This document shows, one piece after another, positions 1 through 9,342 of a stretch of DNA of 57,806 nt. This stretch comes from a virus. Lineage: Duplodnaviria; Caudoviricetes. A program made the translations under genes and the position numbers. The notes beneath the pieces were generated by a model. That model was given only the letters and a program-made list of their open reading frames with translations. It was not told the DNA's origin and made no database searches. The stretch covers positions 1 to 57,806 of IMG/VR virus record IMGVR_UViG_3300029826_000002; one strand, written 5' to 3'. Each line of letters begins with the position of its first letter. The stretch's first letter is position 1.

Positions 1-98
1 TGAGCCACAAGCCATATATGAACATTGTTCGCACGGGCAAACCGCCTTATCTTCCCCAGCGATTCGCTGACGTATTCGGTTTCTGATAGATTCGGGGG
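1..98. repeat. Terminal direct repeat, copy 1 (circular assembly overlap)
   Basis: 1-98 is identical to 57708-57805; joining the ends restores one open primase-helicase frame. Confidence 0.95.
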
Positions 99-1421
99 GC
101 GGTGATATTCAAGCTCGTTCCACGGGTCAAGGACAATCCCGTTTACCCCGTGCCGGTCAATAGCCCCCTGCATGACCTTGAGTATTTCAGATATCGTCAT
201 CTGTTTTTCCTGTAGTTCGGAAAAAAAGAACGATCGACCCATTTTACCAAGCGCCGCTTTAAGCTCTTCTTTGTGCATCCGATCACTCGACCAGCTACCA
301 ACCGAGAACGGCTTGCCTATGATTTTTTCTGCTAATCCAGCAATATGCCGCTTAATCGGCCAATTCTCAGGAGAGCAATAAGCGAATTTCCAGCCGTGAA
401 GATTATTCAGATTCACCGTAAGCGCATCAATAAACGTACTTTTCCCACTTCCAGGGATGCCGGTTAACACGGTCAACTCACATTCCCTAACCGTGTAGTA
501 CATATTTAACCCTGCCCATCCCGTACTTACACCTGATTTCAACCCCTCGTCGTACATACTTAGAACAGAATCAAAAACGTCATCTACAGTGAACAGTCCG
601 TCAATCGGGAACAATCTTCTGCTTTCATATAGTGCCTGAACACCATCAACCCCATGCCGAACTAAAACATCGTTTGCGTCTTTGCATCCTTCTGGATAGC
701 TAACCCTGAGACACCGGTGCCGCCCCAACCGATCCGCAAGAACCAACTCAAACGCTTTCCCCGGCTCGTCGCTGTCAATCGCCAGAACAAAACTCGAAAA
801 CCCGTCAATCAATCCGTCATCCAAGAACTTCAACTTGGTATCAAGGTTGTTTGCCCCAACAGGAGGCGCACCATCAGGGACAGACACCACGTTCTTAAAA
901 CCCGCCTCGATAAATGACATGGCATCAATTTCACCCTCTGTGATTATCAACTCTTTCTTTTCAATCAGGGTGTTAGCCATGTCGTGATTATAAAAACAGG
1001 GTTCCGGGGCCGGTGACTGCCACATACGCTTATCGTGGGTACGGTATTTAATCGCAACGCACTCGCCTCCCTTAAACCGTGGAAACATGATTGCTCCTGA
1101 TCGCTTACCGTCTGGATTTAAATAACCAATTTTACACTTTTCTACCGTATCCTGGCTGATTCCACGCTTTTTAAAATACAGTAAAACCTTGTCGCTAACG
1201 ATCTGTTCTTTGTATTCCGGTTTTTTGTATTCCGTTGCTTTTTTTAACCCGCTAGACCACCCGCAATGGAAACAAGTCCACGTTCCCTTTTCGATGTTTA
1301 CGGATAAGTCTTTTTCTCGCTGGTGGGCAGCTTGCCTGCTTGGGGTGCATTTCGGGCATATGGTTCTTACTTCCCCCGTTGCCCCCTGTGGTATGTTTAT
1401 TCCGTGGTCCGTAAAATTCAT
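1..1421 (-). CDS. T7 gp4/Twinkle-like primase-helicase, N-terminal part (continues at 57707-57416; ~570 aa in total)
   Basis: Hand-translated segments in one frame: MNFTDHG..CPKC..CFHC zinc finger, Walker A GIPGSGKS, IVLDPWNEL, HIWLVAHPTK. Absent from the ORF track because it runs off the window edge. Confidence 0.9.
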   Translation of the reverse strand, partial: MNFTDHGINIPQGATGEVRTICPKCTPSRQAAHQREKDLSVNIEKGTWTCFHCGWSSGLKKATEYKKPEYKEQIVSDKVLLYFKKRGISQDTVEKCKIGYLNPDGKRSGAIMFPRFKGGECVAIKYRTHDKRMWQSPAPEPCFYNHDMANTLIEKKELIITEGEIDAMSFIEAGFKNVVSVPDGAPPVGANNLDTKLKFLDDGLIDGFSSFVLAIDSDEPGKAFELVLADRLGRHRCLRVSYPEGCKDANDVLVRHGVDGVQALYESRRLFPIDGLFTVDDVFDSVLSMYDEGLKSGVSTGWAGLNMYYTVRECELTVLTGIPGSGKSTFIDALTVNLNNLHGWKFAYCSPENWPIKRHIAGLAEKIIGKPFSVGSWSSDRMHKEELKAALGKMGRSFFFSELQEKQMTISEILKVMQGAIDRHGVNGIVLDPWNELEYHRPPNLSETEYVSESLGKIRRFARANNVHIWLVA

Positions 1422-1422
1422 G

Positions 1423-2154
1423 TTAATATACCAGTGTCGGTTTTTCTTTTATTTTACCTTTGAAATAATCAGGGTCTGGTGTTTTCCAATCCCGCTCCAT
1501 TGTGATATCCAAACACTCTTTCAGGCTTGCGTATTTTTTCTGGCACTTAATACAATCCCGCAGTAATCCATTAACGCCTTTTTCTGTTTTGTACTGGTCT
1601 GCTTTTTTCTTTCCCATTCTGTAATGGAAAAACTCTATTATTTTTTCCCGGTGTGCTTTAATGCCATCGTCGCATTTTTCGATTTGGTTTTTTAGGTGGG
1701 TTAATAGGTCGTCAAAAGAGGGGGTATATATATTATTTCCCTTCTTTCCCTTCTTTCCCTTCTTGTTTGTGGTTATTTGTTGGTTATCTGTTGGTTGATT
1801 GTTGGTTAGGTTGCTGGTTGAATTTTCTCCTTGGTTCTGGTAAGTGTCCCAATTTAAAACCGTAATTATGCTAAATTTGTTGGTTGTTTTGATGGTTAGA
1901 TTTTCCATTAAGCGCAGCGTTTGGAAACACGATCTAATGTTTTGGGGGGTTAAGCCGGTTTCCCTCGCCGCAGAGTCACGACCACAAACGAATTGCCCAG
2001 GCTCCAAAACAACCGGTTGATTACCTATAATCACGGTATGTTTTTTATAGCTTGCTTTCATTAAACACCACATCCATACCCTGAAAACCTTGCTATTTTC
2101 CCATATTGGAGATTGGAGTGTTTTCCTGTATAATTTAATATATCCGCTATCCAC
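1423..2154 (-). CDS. Phage replication initiator (lambda O / replisome-organiser-like)
   Basis: GYIKLYRK..W..WMWCLMKA..GQFVCGR wHTH-type N-terminus and N/Q/T-rich linker; directly upstream of the helicase; likely GTG start at 2154. Confidence 0.75.
   Translation of the reverse strand: MDSGYIKLYRKTLQSPIWENSKVFRVWMWCLMKASYKKHTVIIGNQPVVLEPGQFVCGRDSAARETGLTPQNIRSCFQTLRLMENLTIKTTNKFSIITVLNWDTYQNQGENSTSNLTNNQPTDNQQITTNKKGKKGKKGNNIYTPSFDDLLTHLKNQIEKCDDGIKAHREKIIEFFHYRMGKKKADQYKTEKGVNGLLRDCIKCQKKYASLKECLDITMERDWKTPDPDYFKGKIKEKPTLVY
1765..1900. repeat. Short TGGTT-containing repeats inside the initiator gene; candidate iteron origin
   Basis: ttggttatctg/ttggttgattg/ttggttaggttg/ctggttg in tandem, beside an AT-rich stretch. 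Confidence 0.5.
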
Positions 2155-2385
2155 GCTATATAAACTCCACCGTGCAAAACCATCTACCAAGGCTGTTAAC
2201 TGATGTGTGGACAATAACCGCATTGAGCCGTACAGCCTGACTTATGCAGTCCCACGGGCTTTCACCTATAACCATGCAATACCGTTTCATAACCCCTCCT
2301 AATGTTCCCTATATGGCTCATTAGGCCCGTTTATGGCCTATAACGTGCAATATTTTACCCATCGGTAATGTCGCATTTTGCGATA

Positions 2386-2598
2386 TCAAGGCAGGAGAGA
2401 ATAGATATCTATGCCTCGTTCTCCGCAAATATTGGTAAACTCTTCCCACAACTCCTCATAATCCCTTCCATGGTACTTGATCTGATCACGTATGTGCCCG
2501 TTAAACTCCCACACCACCAGGGCGAGGTCTTTAGCCTTGTTTGCAAGGTTGTATTCCACTTCATCGTCCGGTAGGTTAAATTCAAGAATTGCTTTCAT
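2386..2598 (-). CDS. Hypothetical phage protein (MKAILEFNLP..)
   Basis: ORF coupled to its neighbours. Confidence 0.6.
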   Translation of the reverse strand: MKAILEFNLPDDEVEYNLANKAKDLALVVWEFNGHIRDQIKYHGRDYEELWEEFTNICGERGIDIYSLLP

Positions 2599-2830
2599 CG
2601 TATTTACCAAGCATTTTGCGTGCTGTTTTTAAAATCAGTTCAAGCTCTTCGATATCAAAAACAAGTCTCTGCGTGCCGGTATCCGGGAACTGCTCAAGCA
2701 CGATATAGCCGCCACCAACCTCATCATCAATGCTAACATGAGTGGCACCGTAGCCGTATATCGGGTTTTCGTTATCCATATGTACAGATGATTTAATAAC
2801 CGTTGTTTTTAGTTTGAGTTTTTCAGACAT
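2582..2830 (-). CDS. Hypothetical protein
   Basis: ORF in the leftward operon. Confidence 0.6.
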   Translation of the reverse strand: MSEKLKLKTTVIKSSVHMDNENPIYGYGATHVSIDDEVGGGYIVLEQFPDTGTQRLVFDIEELELILKTARKMLGKYDESNS

Positions 2831-2833
2831 TTC

Positions 2834-3238
2834 TTATTCGCCTTCTTTGTAAAAGCGTTCCGTAATAAGACCGTCGATAATATTGTGCGCTACGTGCGAT
2901 TCACGCCTGATAGAATCTGCTGTTTTTGGGTCAACTTTGTTGAGTGTTAAGGAGATAATCGCACCTATAATTCCGCTCTCAATCACTTCATGCCGTGCAA
3001 TACGATCAATATCTGCCTTTTTGTTTCCAGATATATTTTCAATCCCGCTTGAATTTAGGGTTATCCAAACGCTTGCGCCGGTGTATGAATGGTAGGCTTC
3101 GGCGGCAGAATCATCATCCTCCATATCATCATCGAATATGGTGTAAAATTTCAGGTGGTTTAGGTTGAGTTTTTCCACGTAAAACCGAACCGCCTTTGTG
3201 AAATACTCAAAATCTTCTTTTTTAAGGTCGTGTGTCAT
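2834..3238 (-). CDS. Hypothetical protein with a degenerate zincin-like motif
   Basis: IARHEVIE..RESH; coupled to the upstream phosphoesterase. Confidence 0.5.
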   Translation of the reverse strand: MTHDLKKEDFEYFTKAVRFYVEKLNLNHLKFYTIFDDDMEDDDSAAEAYHSYTGASVWITLNSSGIENISGNKKADIDRIARHEVIESGIIGAIISLTLNKVDPKTADSIRRESHVAHNIIDGLITERFYKEGE

Positions 3239-4119
3239 CAGTCTTTAAACTCCCCTCTGTCTCTGGCACGTTCTCTTTGGTAACGCATCCAGCAGCTTGT
3301 TTTGAAAACATCGGGATGGTTAATCATCATGAATCTCCACACACTCATCCCCTCGTATTTACGGCATAAAAAATCTAAGGATATTTCCATCAGCGAATAA
3401 TCGCCGTTTAAGACCTCATGAAGTACAAATACACCACGCCACTCGTTATTGCCCTGCGGCCCCCTGTAAAATTCGTCATGAAGATAGCAGGCGCCCTGTA
3501 CTAAACCACGGATACGCTGACCATTATTGAGCGGCCTGACACCGACCATGTACACTTGCTGATGACCGGCCACGAATGAGAACCCCACGTTTTTTAGTCT
3601 GGTGGTGATGGATTCACCGCCGTATGGCCTGCCGGATTGGGGGTGACAAAAATAGTGTGAATAATAGATACCGTCTACTTCAACCACGTTAAGGAACGGA
3701 TGGACTTCCCAACCTAATTCCTCGTATTTTAAGTCAGAAATAGAGATAACACCGTCAAGTTTTGGGTCATCCTCTACGGCTCTATCAATTCGGTGTTCAT
3801 GGTTTCCTGTGGTGATGATTTTTCGGGGGGAGTATTGCTTTTCCTTGTTTCTTCTTCTGGTTTCGTTGTACTCGTCAATTGGCCCCCACAAGCGCCTCAT
3901 ACCGGCTACAGCGGCTTCAATGTCTTTCAGGTAGCGTCTACCCTCAAAACTCTTCTTACCCACGTCATAGGACGATAAGGACTCCATATCAGCGGCATCA
4001 CCAGCCTGTACAACAACATCTGGCTTTTTTTCAAGTATGTACTTTCCTATCCATTCAAGGTGATCGGTTGGCGTTCCTGGTGCAATTTGTAAATCTGGAA
4101 TATAAAAATGCTTATTCAT
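3238..4119 (-). CDS. Calcineurin-like metallophosphoesterase
   Basis: IPDLQ, GDAADM, GNHE, YSH and GHQQ motifs. Confidence 0.85.
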   Translation of the reverse strand: MNKHFYIPDLQIAPGTPTDHLEWIGKYILEKKPDVVVQAGDAADMESLSSYDVGKKSFEGRRYLKDIEAAVAGMRRLWGPIDEYNETRRRNKEKQYSPRKIITTGNHEHRIDRAVEDDPKLDGVISISDLKYEELGWEVHPFLNVVEVDGIYYSHYFCHPQSGRPYGGESITTRLKNVGFSFVAGHQQVYMVGVRPLNNGQRIRGLVQGACYLHDEFYRGPQGNNEWRGVFVLHEVLNGDYSLMEISLDFLCRKYEGMSVWRFMMINHPDVFKTSCWMRYQRERARDRGEFKD

Positions 4120-4268
4120 GGGTTCGCCTGTCCATGCCATTGTTCCGCTGACAAAATCGGGCACACAACGTGCATAACTGTGTTGCGTAGGTCGCATTTA
4201 TACGACAAATCGTTTAGTTTTGTGTTTGAGCAGAATCGGCAGGATTTTGGTTTTTGTTTTGATTTCAT
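4116..4268 (-). CDS. Small Cys-containing protein, first gene of the leftward operon
   Basis: MKSKQKPKSCRFC..C..CP; overlaps the next start. Confidence 0.45.
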   Translation of the reverse strand: MKSKQKPKSCRFCSNTKLNDLSYKCDLRNTVMHVVCPILSAEQWHGQANP

Positions 4269-4336
4269 GGTTAATGTATACCATATTGTAAAACAAAAAA
4301 GCAAGCAAAAAAAATCCACAACAACATAAAAAGTTC

Positions 4337-4365
4337 TTGACATGATATTTAATCCATGTTTTAAT
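4337..4365 (+). promoter_or_regulatory. Sigma70-type promoter of the rightward early arm
   Basis: TTGACA-17 nt-TTTAAT with an extended -10 TG; located where gene orientation diverges. Confidence 0.75.
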
Positions 4366-4379
4366 GGCATTAAAACATG
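4355..4379. promoter_or_regulatory. Perfect 12-bp inverted repeat over the -10/+1 (operator candidate)
   Basis: CATGTTTTAATG-g-CATTAAAACATG. Confidence 0.6.
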
Positions 4380-4389
4380 AGGGGAAATC

Positions 4390-4860
4390 ATGAATAAAAA
4401 AATCAAAGCCTGGTATTTTTCACACACCAAAAAGCTTGGATATGGCGATAACCGACGCATCGTGGTCGGGAGAACACACGGTATTAAGTTTCCGGTTTTA
4501 GTTTTTAATGACTGTAGCAATCAAAGTGAGTGGCTTTACACCCCACGTGTGTGTAAAATCGGTCTTCACGGAAGCATAGAGCCTCTAAGTGCGTACAGAC
4601 ATAAAAATAATTACGTTAATCGTATTTATGTGTGGATGGTTGAGCTTTCGGGAATGATGGATTTTGGTGATGACAAGATTGCCGCCGAAAAAAGAACCTA
4701 CTTGTGGGGATATGATGCAACAAGCGTGATCGCTAAATTTAATGATATTTGTGGAAGGATAGAGGGAGATGTTTATATATGGAACAACGGCCGTTATTTT
4801 GAAAAACAGAACCGCCGCTTATATCGGATGCTGATGGAGGGGAGAGCGGCTAATGTATAA
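4390..4860 (+). CDS. Hypothetical phage protein
   Basis: RBS GAGGGG; CKIGLHGS..VELSG..DKIAA motif. Confidence 0.7.
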   Translation: MNKKIKAWYFSHTKKLGYGDNRRIVVGRTHGIKFPVLVFNDCSNQSEWLYTPRVCKIGLHGSIEPLSAYRHKNNYVNRIYVWMVELSGMMDFGDDKIAAEKRTYLWGYDATSVIAKFNDICGRIEGDVYIWNNGRYFEKQNRRLYRMLMEGRAANV

Positions 4861-4872
4861 CGTAAACAAAAT

Positions 4873-5140
4873 TTCTGGATGCCGCACCGGTGGTAACATC
4901 GGATGCAATGATTTTGGTGTTGGCTACCAAGATGCCTCGCCGCCCCCGGTTGGCGGCTTGTGCGCACATACAGGCATCAAAAACAGCAAGTCCTTAAATG
5001 TGCCGTCCAGAATTGAGCAGCCGCTACCGGGGAGCAAGCCCGCTTGCCCGTCTATCCGGTTACAGTCCGGGGCGGCTGTTTTTAAACTTGGCTCGTGGCG
5101 CACACCCCCCTACCCCTCCAAACATCGTGCGTCACGGGCC
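4873..5140 (+). ncRNA. Candidate structured RNA (multi-stem leader or sRNA)
   Basis: Nested stems with G-U pairs: 4873-4881/5004-5012, GATGCCT/AGGCATC, GCAGCCGC/GCGGCTGT followed by a T run, 5090-5103/5127-5140. Confidence 0.45.
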
Positions 5141-5159
5141 ATTTTAATTAGGAGGAATC

Positions 5160-5885
5160 ATGTATAGCAATGACGATGGGTATATCTATTTCACGGATAT
5201 CGAAGAAGCGAAGGCGCTGTATAAAGAAGAGGATGAAGCGTTATGGGAAATCGAAAACGATATACATGGATGGAGGTGTGAGCATGGTTATACCTTTTGT
5301 TGCAGTGCTAAATACTACCGCCGCCGCCTGACCACCGATTTCCGTATCCGCAAAGAGTTTCGTGATGGTGATCCGGTGTGCTGGGCTGGAGCTAATGGGG
5401 TGATAAAACCGTGTCATCGCCTCGCAAATGGATACCATGTTTTTGCCGAATTTAAAAACGATATCGGCCTTGGTTTTACCGCTGACGGTAAATTTAAAAC
5501 TTGGCACAAAAACCCCTCCCTCTCCCACGGTCACGACTCCACGGTTGATAACCAGAAATACCCCGTAGAGCGTGTAAAAACCGAGAAAGCCATGTCACAG
5601 GCTGATGAGGTTGCGGAGTGTATACCGCACTGGCAGGAAAATTTGCGACTGGCGATTGAGGGGAAGGGGATAAATGGGCATGGAAGCAACTGCCCACTTT
5701 GTAAAAAATACCACTGCTCAAGTACCTTACTTTCATCGGGGTGTCCAATCGAGCAAGACACCGGTCTGAAGGGGTGCGCTGGAACCCCGTGGAGTGATAC
5801 AACTTCAGGAAAACCTGAACACGTCCTCGAAATGCTCAACTACCTGATCGACCTTGAGCGCAGTCTCCGCAAGGCAGGTAAATAA
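5160..5885 (+). CDS. Mosaic hypothetical protein with a Cys-rich C-terminal domain
   Basis: RBS AGGAGG; C-terminal domain resembles part of 10536-11144. Confidence 0.7.
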   Translation: MYSNDDGYIYFTDIEEAKALYKEEDEALWEIENDIHGWRCEHGYTFCCSAKYYRRRLTTDFRIRKEFRDGDPVCWAGANGVIKPCHRLANGYHVFAEFKNDIGLGFTADGKFKTWHKNPSLSHGHDSTVDNQKYPVERVKTEKAMSQADEVAECIPHWQENLRLAIEGKGINGHGSNCPLCKKYHCSSTLLSSGCPIEQDTGLKGCAGTPWSDTTSGKPEHVLEMLNYLIDLERSLRKAGK

Positions 5886-5916
5886 ATGAACCGCAACCAG
5901 ACAATGGGGCTTAAAA

Positions 5917-6201
5917 ATGATTAAAAAATATAAAATCAATATGGGTTTTAACTCAATGTTTCCACCGCAGGCATCAATAAAGACTGTTTATGCCGACAGG
6001 GAAACCGACAAGTGCCTTTTCTTTGGGGCCGACAGGGCATTAAAGCAATCAAGCCATGTTTTTTATTTCGATAGCTTTGATGAAGCAAAAGCGGCGTTGC
6101 TCGAAAGGGCAGAGGTCGTTTTATCAAATGCCACCAGCAGAAAAATAAAGGCAGAGGTGGCGGTTCACGACATAAAAAAGTTGGAAGAAACAGATGATTA
6201 A
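5917..6201 (+). CDS. Hypothetical protein
   Basis: ORF flanked by 18-bp near-identical direct repeats. Confidence 0.65.
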   Translation: MIKKYKINMGFNSMFPPQASIKTVYADRETDKCLFFGADRALKQSSHVFYFDSFDEAKAALLERAEVVLSNATSRKIKAEVAVHDIKKLEETDD

Positions 6202-6439
6202 CCGCAACCAGACCATGAGAGTACCCAACGGGCGATGTAGGCCGCATGGTCAGCGCAACGCATTACAGGCCCAGCAGAGGGTAATTCGCACCTTCGGCAA
6301 GTATAACGAAAGGCAAGCGCAAGCGGTTCAAGCCCTAACTCGGCACAAGACAGCTTATATAGGCGAGTCCTCTGTAACCGTAACGGGCGATAAGGCAAAA
6401 ACCATAAACCATAACTCAAAAAAAGGAGCCGCTAAGTAA
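6194..6439 (+). CDS. Hypothetical basic protein
   Basis: Overlaps the upstream stop; RBS-like sequence upstream. Confidence 0.5.
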   Translation: MINRNQTMRVPNGRCRPHGQRNALQAQQRVIRTFGKYNERQAQAVQALTRHKTAYIGESSVTVTGDKAKTINHNSKKGAAK

Positions 6440-6656
6440 AAAAACATTAACAGACGGAAACGTTAACTTGGAAAAACTTATCAACCGCACCGGGGCCGGG
6501 TGGTCCGGTCCCGGGTAAGCGGGTAAAGGGGAAAATCATGGATCATTACAAAATCAGAAAAATGGAAGAATGGTTTATCCGCGCCTGTTGCGGCCTGATC
6601 GGAATAGCGTTCGGTTATCTGTGGGCCGGCATGGCTTTCGGGGTTTGGGGGTAATT

Positions 6657-6962
6657 ATGTCAATCCAAATTGTTAAATACATCGAAATTCCGGTTTACGT
6701 GAGCGGGAATTACATACCAGAAGAAAAGCCGGATTACTCACAAACATCACCATGCGAAGGATCTCCGGAAGAGGTTGATTTTGATCGGGTGGTGATACCT
6801 GGGATACCGGACGCTGAAAAATTCATCGACCACTACGAACCTGATTTTTGGGCCAGCGCCAAAGAGGATATTATTGCCAAGGCGAAAGACGAAAAAGAGC
6901 AGGCCGCAGAGCGCCAGATTGACGCAATCGAATTACAGCAGAAATACGGGAAAACAGGATAG
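6657..6962 (+). CDS. Hypothetical acidic protein
   Basis: Likely start MSIQIVK after GGGGG. Confidence 0.6.
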   Translation: MSIQIVKYIEIPVYVSGNYIPEEKPDYSQTSPCEGSPEEVDFDRVVIPGIPDAEKFIDHYEPDFWASAKEDIIAKAKDEKEQAAERQIDAIELQQKYGKTG

Positions 6963-6970
6963 GGGGAGAA

Positions 6971-7333
6971 ATGAAAGTAAATCAAATTGAGTTTGGTTAT
7001 TACAAGTTTGCCGCCGATGATAGTTTTGACCTGAACACACTGAAAGGTTTGGTGCCTGTTCAGGAAAAGGGCGGTTCGCTTATGGCTGATTATGAAAACA
7101 GCGGTGCGAAAATACAAATCACTCTAAATCAAGAGCTTGCCGTGTCAGTGCAGGAAAAAGAGGCTGCGGAAGAGAAAGACATTAAAAACCAACTGGCAAA
7201 CGCAAAAACAATGGAAACATATTACCGCAACCAAGCGGCAGAGAAGGATAAGAAAATTGAGTGCCTAAAGATGGAGCTTGATGCGCTTAAAAACGACGAA
7301 AAGGCTGACGAGAACGAGCCGCAAGCAGGATAG
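6971..7333 (+). CDS. Hypothetical coiled-coil protein
   Basis: RBS GGGGGAG; flanked by identical 16-bp repeats. Confidence 0.65.
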   Translation: MKVNQIEFGYYKFAADDSFDLNTLKGLVPVQEKGGSLMADYENSGAKIQITLNQELAVSVQEKEAAEEKDIKNQLANAKTMETYYRNQAAEKDKKIECLKMELDALKNDEKADENEPQAG

Positions 7334-7342
7334 GGGGAGAAC

Positions 7343-7912
7343 ATGAGCCTATACGACATTCAACAGCAATTAAAAGCACCGAAGAACCAACACAATTCTT
7401 TCGGTAAATACTACTACCGCAGTTGTGAGGATATTCTTGAAGCCGTGAAACCGTTGCTTCAGCCAGGGGAAACCGTGACCCTGAGTGACGAGATTAAAGA
7501 GGTCGTTGGTGTTCCGTTTGTTGAGTCAACAGCCACTTATTCGGATGGCACAACACAGGTACAGGTGAAAGCACAGGCCGGTATCAACACGGAGCGCAAA
7601 GGCATGGACATTGCCCAGAGTTTCGGTTCATCTTCCAGCTACGCCCGTAAGTATGCGCTCAACGGGTTGTTCCTGATTGATGATAACAAGGACGCTGACG
7701 CTACCAACAAGCACGGCAAGGACGATAAGAAGCCGGAAGCAAAACCCCTGCCAACCAAAGAGCTCGAAACCGGCCTGAACGCTTGTGAATCCGAGTCTGA
7801 TCTTACCGACCTGTGGAACGCCTGGGGTGACACTATTACCAAAGCCAGTAATAAAGATGCCATTATTAAAATGTTCACAAAGAAAAAAGAAGAACTGAAA
7901 AAGGCGGCATAA
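7343..7912 (+). CDS. erf: ERF-family ssDNA-annealing recombinase
   Basis: LKAPKNQHNSFGKYYYRSCEDILEAVKP..AQSFGSSSSYARKYALNGLF..D.DAD. Confidence 0.9.
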   Translation: MSLYDIQQQLKAPKNQHNSFGKYYYRSCEDILEAVKPLLQPGETVTLSDEIKEVVGVPFVESTATYSDGTTQVQVKAQAGINTERKGMDIAQSFGSSSSYARKYALNGLFLIDDNKDADATNKHGKDDKKPEAKPLPTKELETGLNACESESDLTDLWNAWGDTITKASNKDAIIKMFTKKKEELKKAA

Positions 7913-8502
7913 TGGAAATTATAAACTGCGAACAAAGAAGCCCTGAATGGTTTGAAATAAAAGCCGGTGTGCCATCACCGTCCAAATTTGCAGAGATAAT
8001 CACCACCAAGGGGTTGCCATCAAAACAGCGGGACAAGTACCTGTATCAGCTTGCTGGGGAATCCGTGGCTGGTATCCGTGAGGACTCGTATCAATCTGCG
8101 GCAATGCAACGTGGTTGTGAATTGGAATCGGAAGCAAGAACGGTCTACGAGTTTATGACAGGCAATCAGGTGGTCGAAGTTGGTTTTATTAAATGTGATA
8201 CGGCTGGTGGTTCACCGGATGGGTTGATTAACGATGATGGCGGAGTTGAAATTAAATGCCCACTTATCAGCACCCACGTTGGTTACAAGGTAAGCGGAAA
8301 GCTACCAACCACATATTTTCAACAGGTTCAGGGTTATCTTTATATTACTGGCCGTCAATGGTGGGATTTTTTTAGTTATTATCCAGGATTAAAACCATTG
8401 TTGGTAAGGGTTGTTCCAGACAAAAAATTCCACGAAGTATTACATAACGAGCTTATCAAATTTAACGAAGACCTAAAAAAAACGATAGAGAAAATCAAAT
8501 GA
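7912..8502 (+). CDS. YqaJ / lambda-exonuclease family protein
   Basis: EQRSPEWF..AMQRGCELE..SPDGL..EIKCP..QVQG. Confidence 0.9.
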   Translation: MEIINCEQRSPEWFEIKAGVPSPSKFAEIITTKGLPSKQRDKYLYQLAGESVAGIREDSYQSAAMQRGCELESEARTVYEFMTGNQVVEVGFIKCDTAGGSPDGLINDDGGVEIKCPLISTHVGYKVSGKLPTTYFQQVQGYLYITGRQWWDFFSYYPGLKPLLVRVVPDKKFHEVLHNELIKFNEDLKKTIEKIK

Positions 8503-8525
8503 CACCACCTAGAGGCTAATGACAA

Positions 8526-8927
8526 ATGATATTTTCAGCAATAGCCAACATTAAAAACCACGCAATGTCAGCGCATTTCTACGACAACATAAACCGCTAC
8601 CTTCTTACCACACAGGACGGCCCGTACCGTATCACAATTAAAAAGTACAAGAAGCAACGCACCGAACCGCAGAACAGATACTACTTTGGCGTGGTTGTGG
8701 ATATCCTTGCTAAAGAACTTGGCTACACAAAAGACGAAATGCACGATGCCCTGCGTGATAAGTTCCTGAAAGTGGCAACGGATATACCGGATTTGTTCGT
8801 GATCCGCAGCACTACCAGCCTGAACACGGAAGAGTTTAACCAGTACATTGAGGAAATAAAACGGTGGGCTGCGACTGACCTGAGCATTTATATTCCCGAC
8901 CCGAACGAAGAAGAGGAGGCGGCATGA
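8526..8927 (+). CDS. NinB-like recombination accessory protein
   Basis: KQRTEPQNRYYFG..STTSLNTEEFNQYIEEI..IPDP. Confidence 0.7.
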   Translation: MIFSAIANIKNHAMSAHFYDNINRYLLTTQDGPYRITIKKYKKQRTEPQNRYYFGVVVDILAKELGYTKDEMHDALRDKFLKVATDIPDLFVIRSTTSLNTEEFNQYIEEIKRWAATDLSIYIPDPNEEEEAA

Positions 8928-9148
8928 CAAGTTTTTTTGATAAATTTATGTTCTTTATGCTCGACAAGTTTGGGCAAGCTGTCACAGCGGGTGTTTTGGC
9001 TTTCATGATGAGTGTTTTTGTTTTTGGGTTTTTGGCTATCTTCCTGAACGATTTTTCAGCAATAGAGGTTATTCCAACATCTATTGCGGTTGGCGGCGGT
9101 ACGTGGCTTGGGAACGCTATTGCCATTTTTTTATTTGAGAACAGATGA
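8924..9148 (+). CDS. Small membrane protein (two hydrophobic segments)
   Basis: Hydrophobic stretches; ATGA overlap. Confidence 0.6.
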   Translation: MTSFFDKFMFFMLDKFGQAVTAGVLAFMMSVFVFGFLAIFLNDFSAIEVIPTSIAVGGGTWLGNAIAIFLFENR

Positions 9149-9342
9149 TCTGCTACCGAGATATGACATTCTGCCCGTTCTACCTGCTTTGCAAACATGG
9201 CGTTACGTGTGAGCGGGCTTTATTGCCGGAAGTGTGGAAAGGCGCAGAAAAAGCAGGGTTGGGTATATCGAAATTTGCATGTAAACCGGATTGTTTTGAA
9301 GCGTTGTGGGAGGGAAATGATGAAAACGGTAAAAAATCTTGA
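9145..9342 (+). CDS. Small Cys-rich phage protein
   Basis: MICYRDMTFCP..C..C. Confidence 0.6.
   Translation: MICYRDMTFCPFYLLCKHGVTCERALLPEVWKGAEKAGLGISKFACKPDCFEALWEGNDENGKKS

Noticed and set aside
1-98. Biological terminal repeat of the virion DNA
   Set aside because: It falls mid-gene and has a k-mer-like length; better explained as assembly overlap.
4853-5167. 104-aa ORF as a real protein
   Set aside because: It has an RBS-like sequence but no recognisable motif and coincides with dense RNA stems; left uncalled, not excluded.
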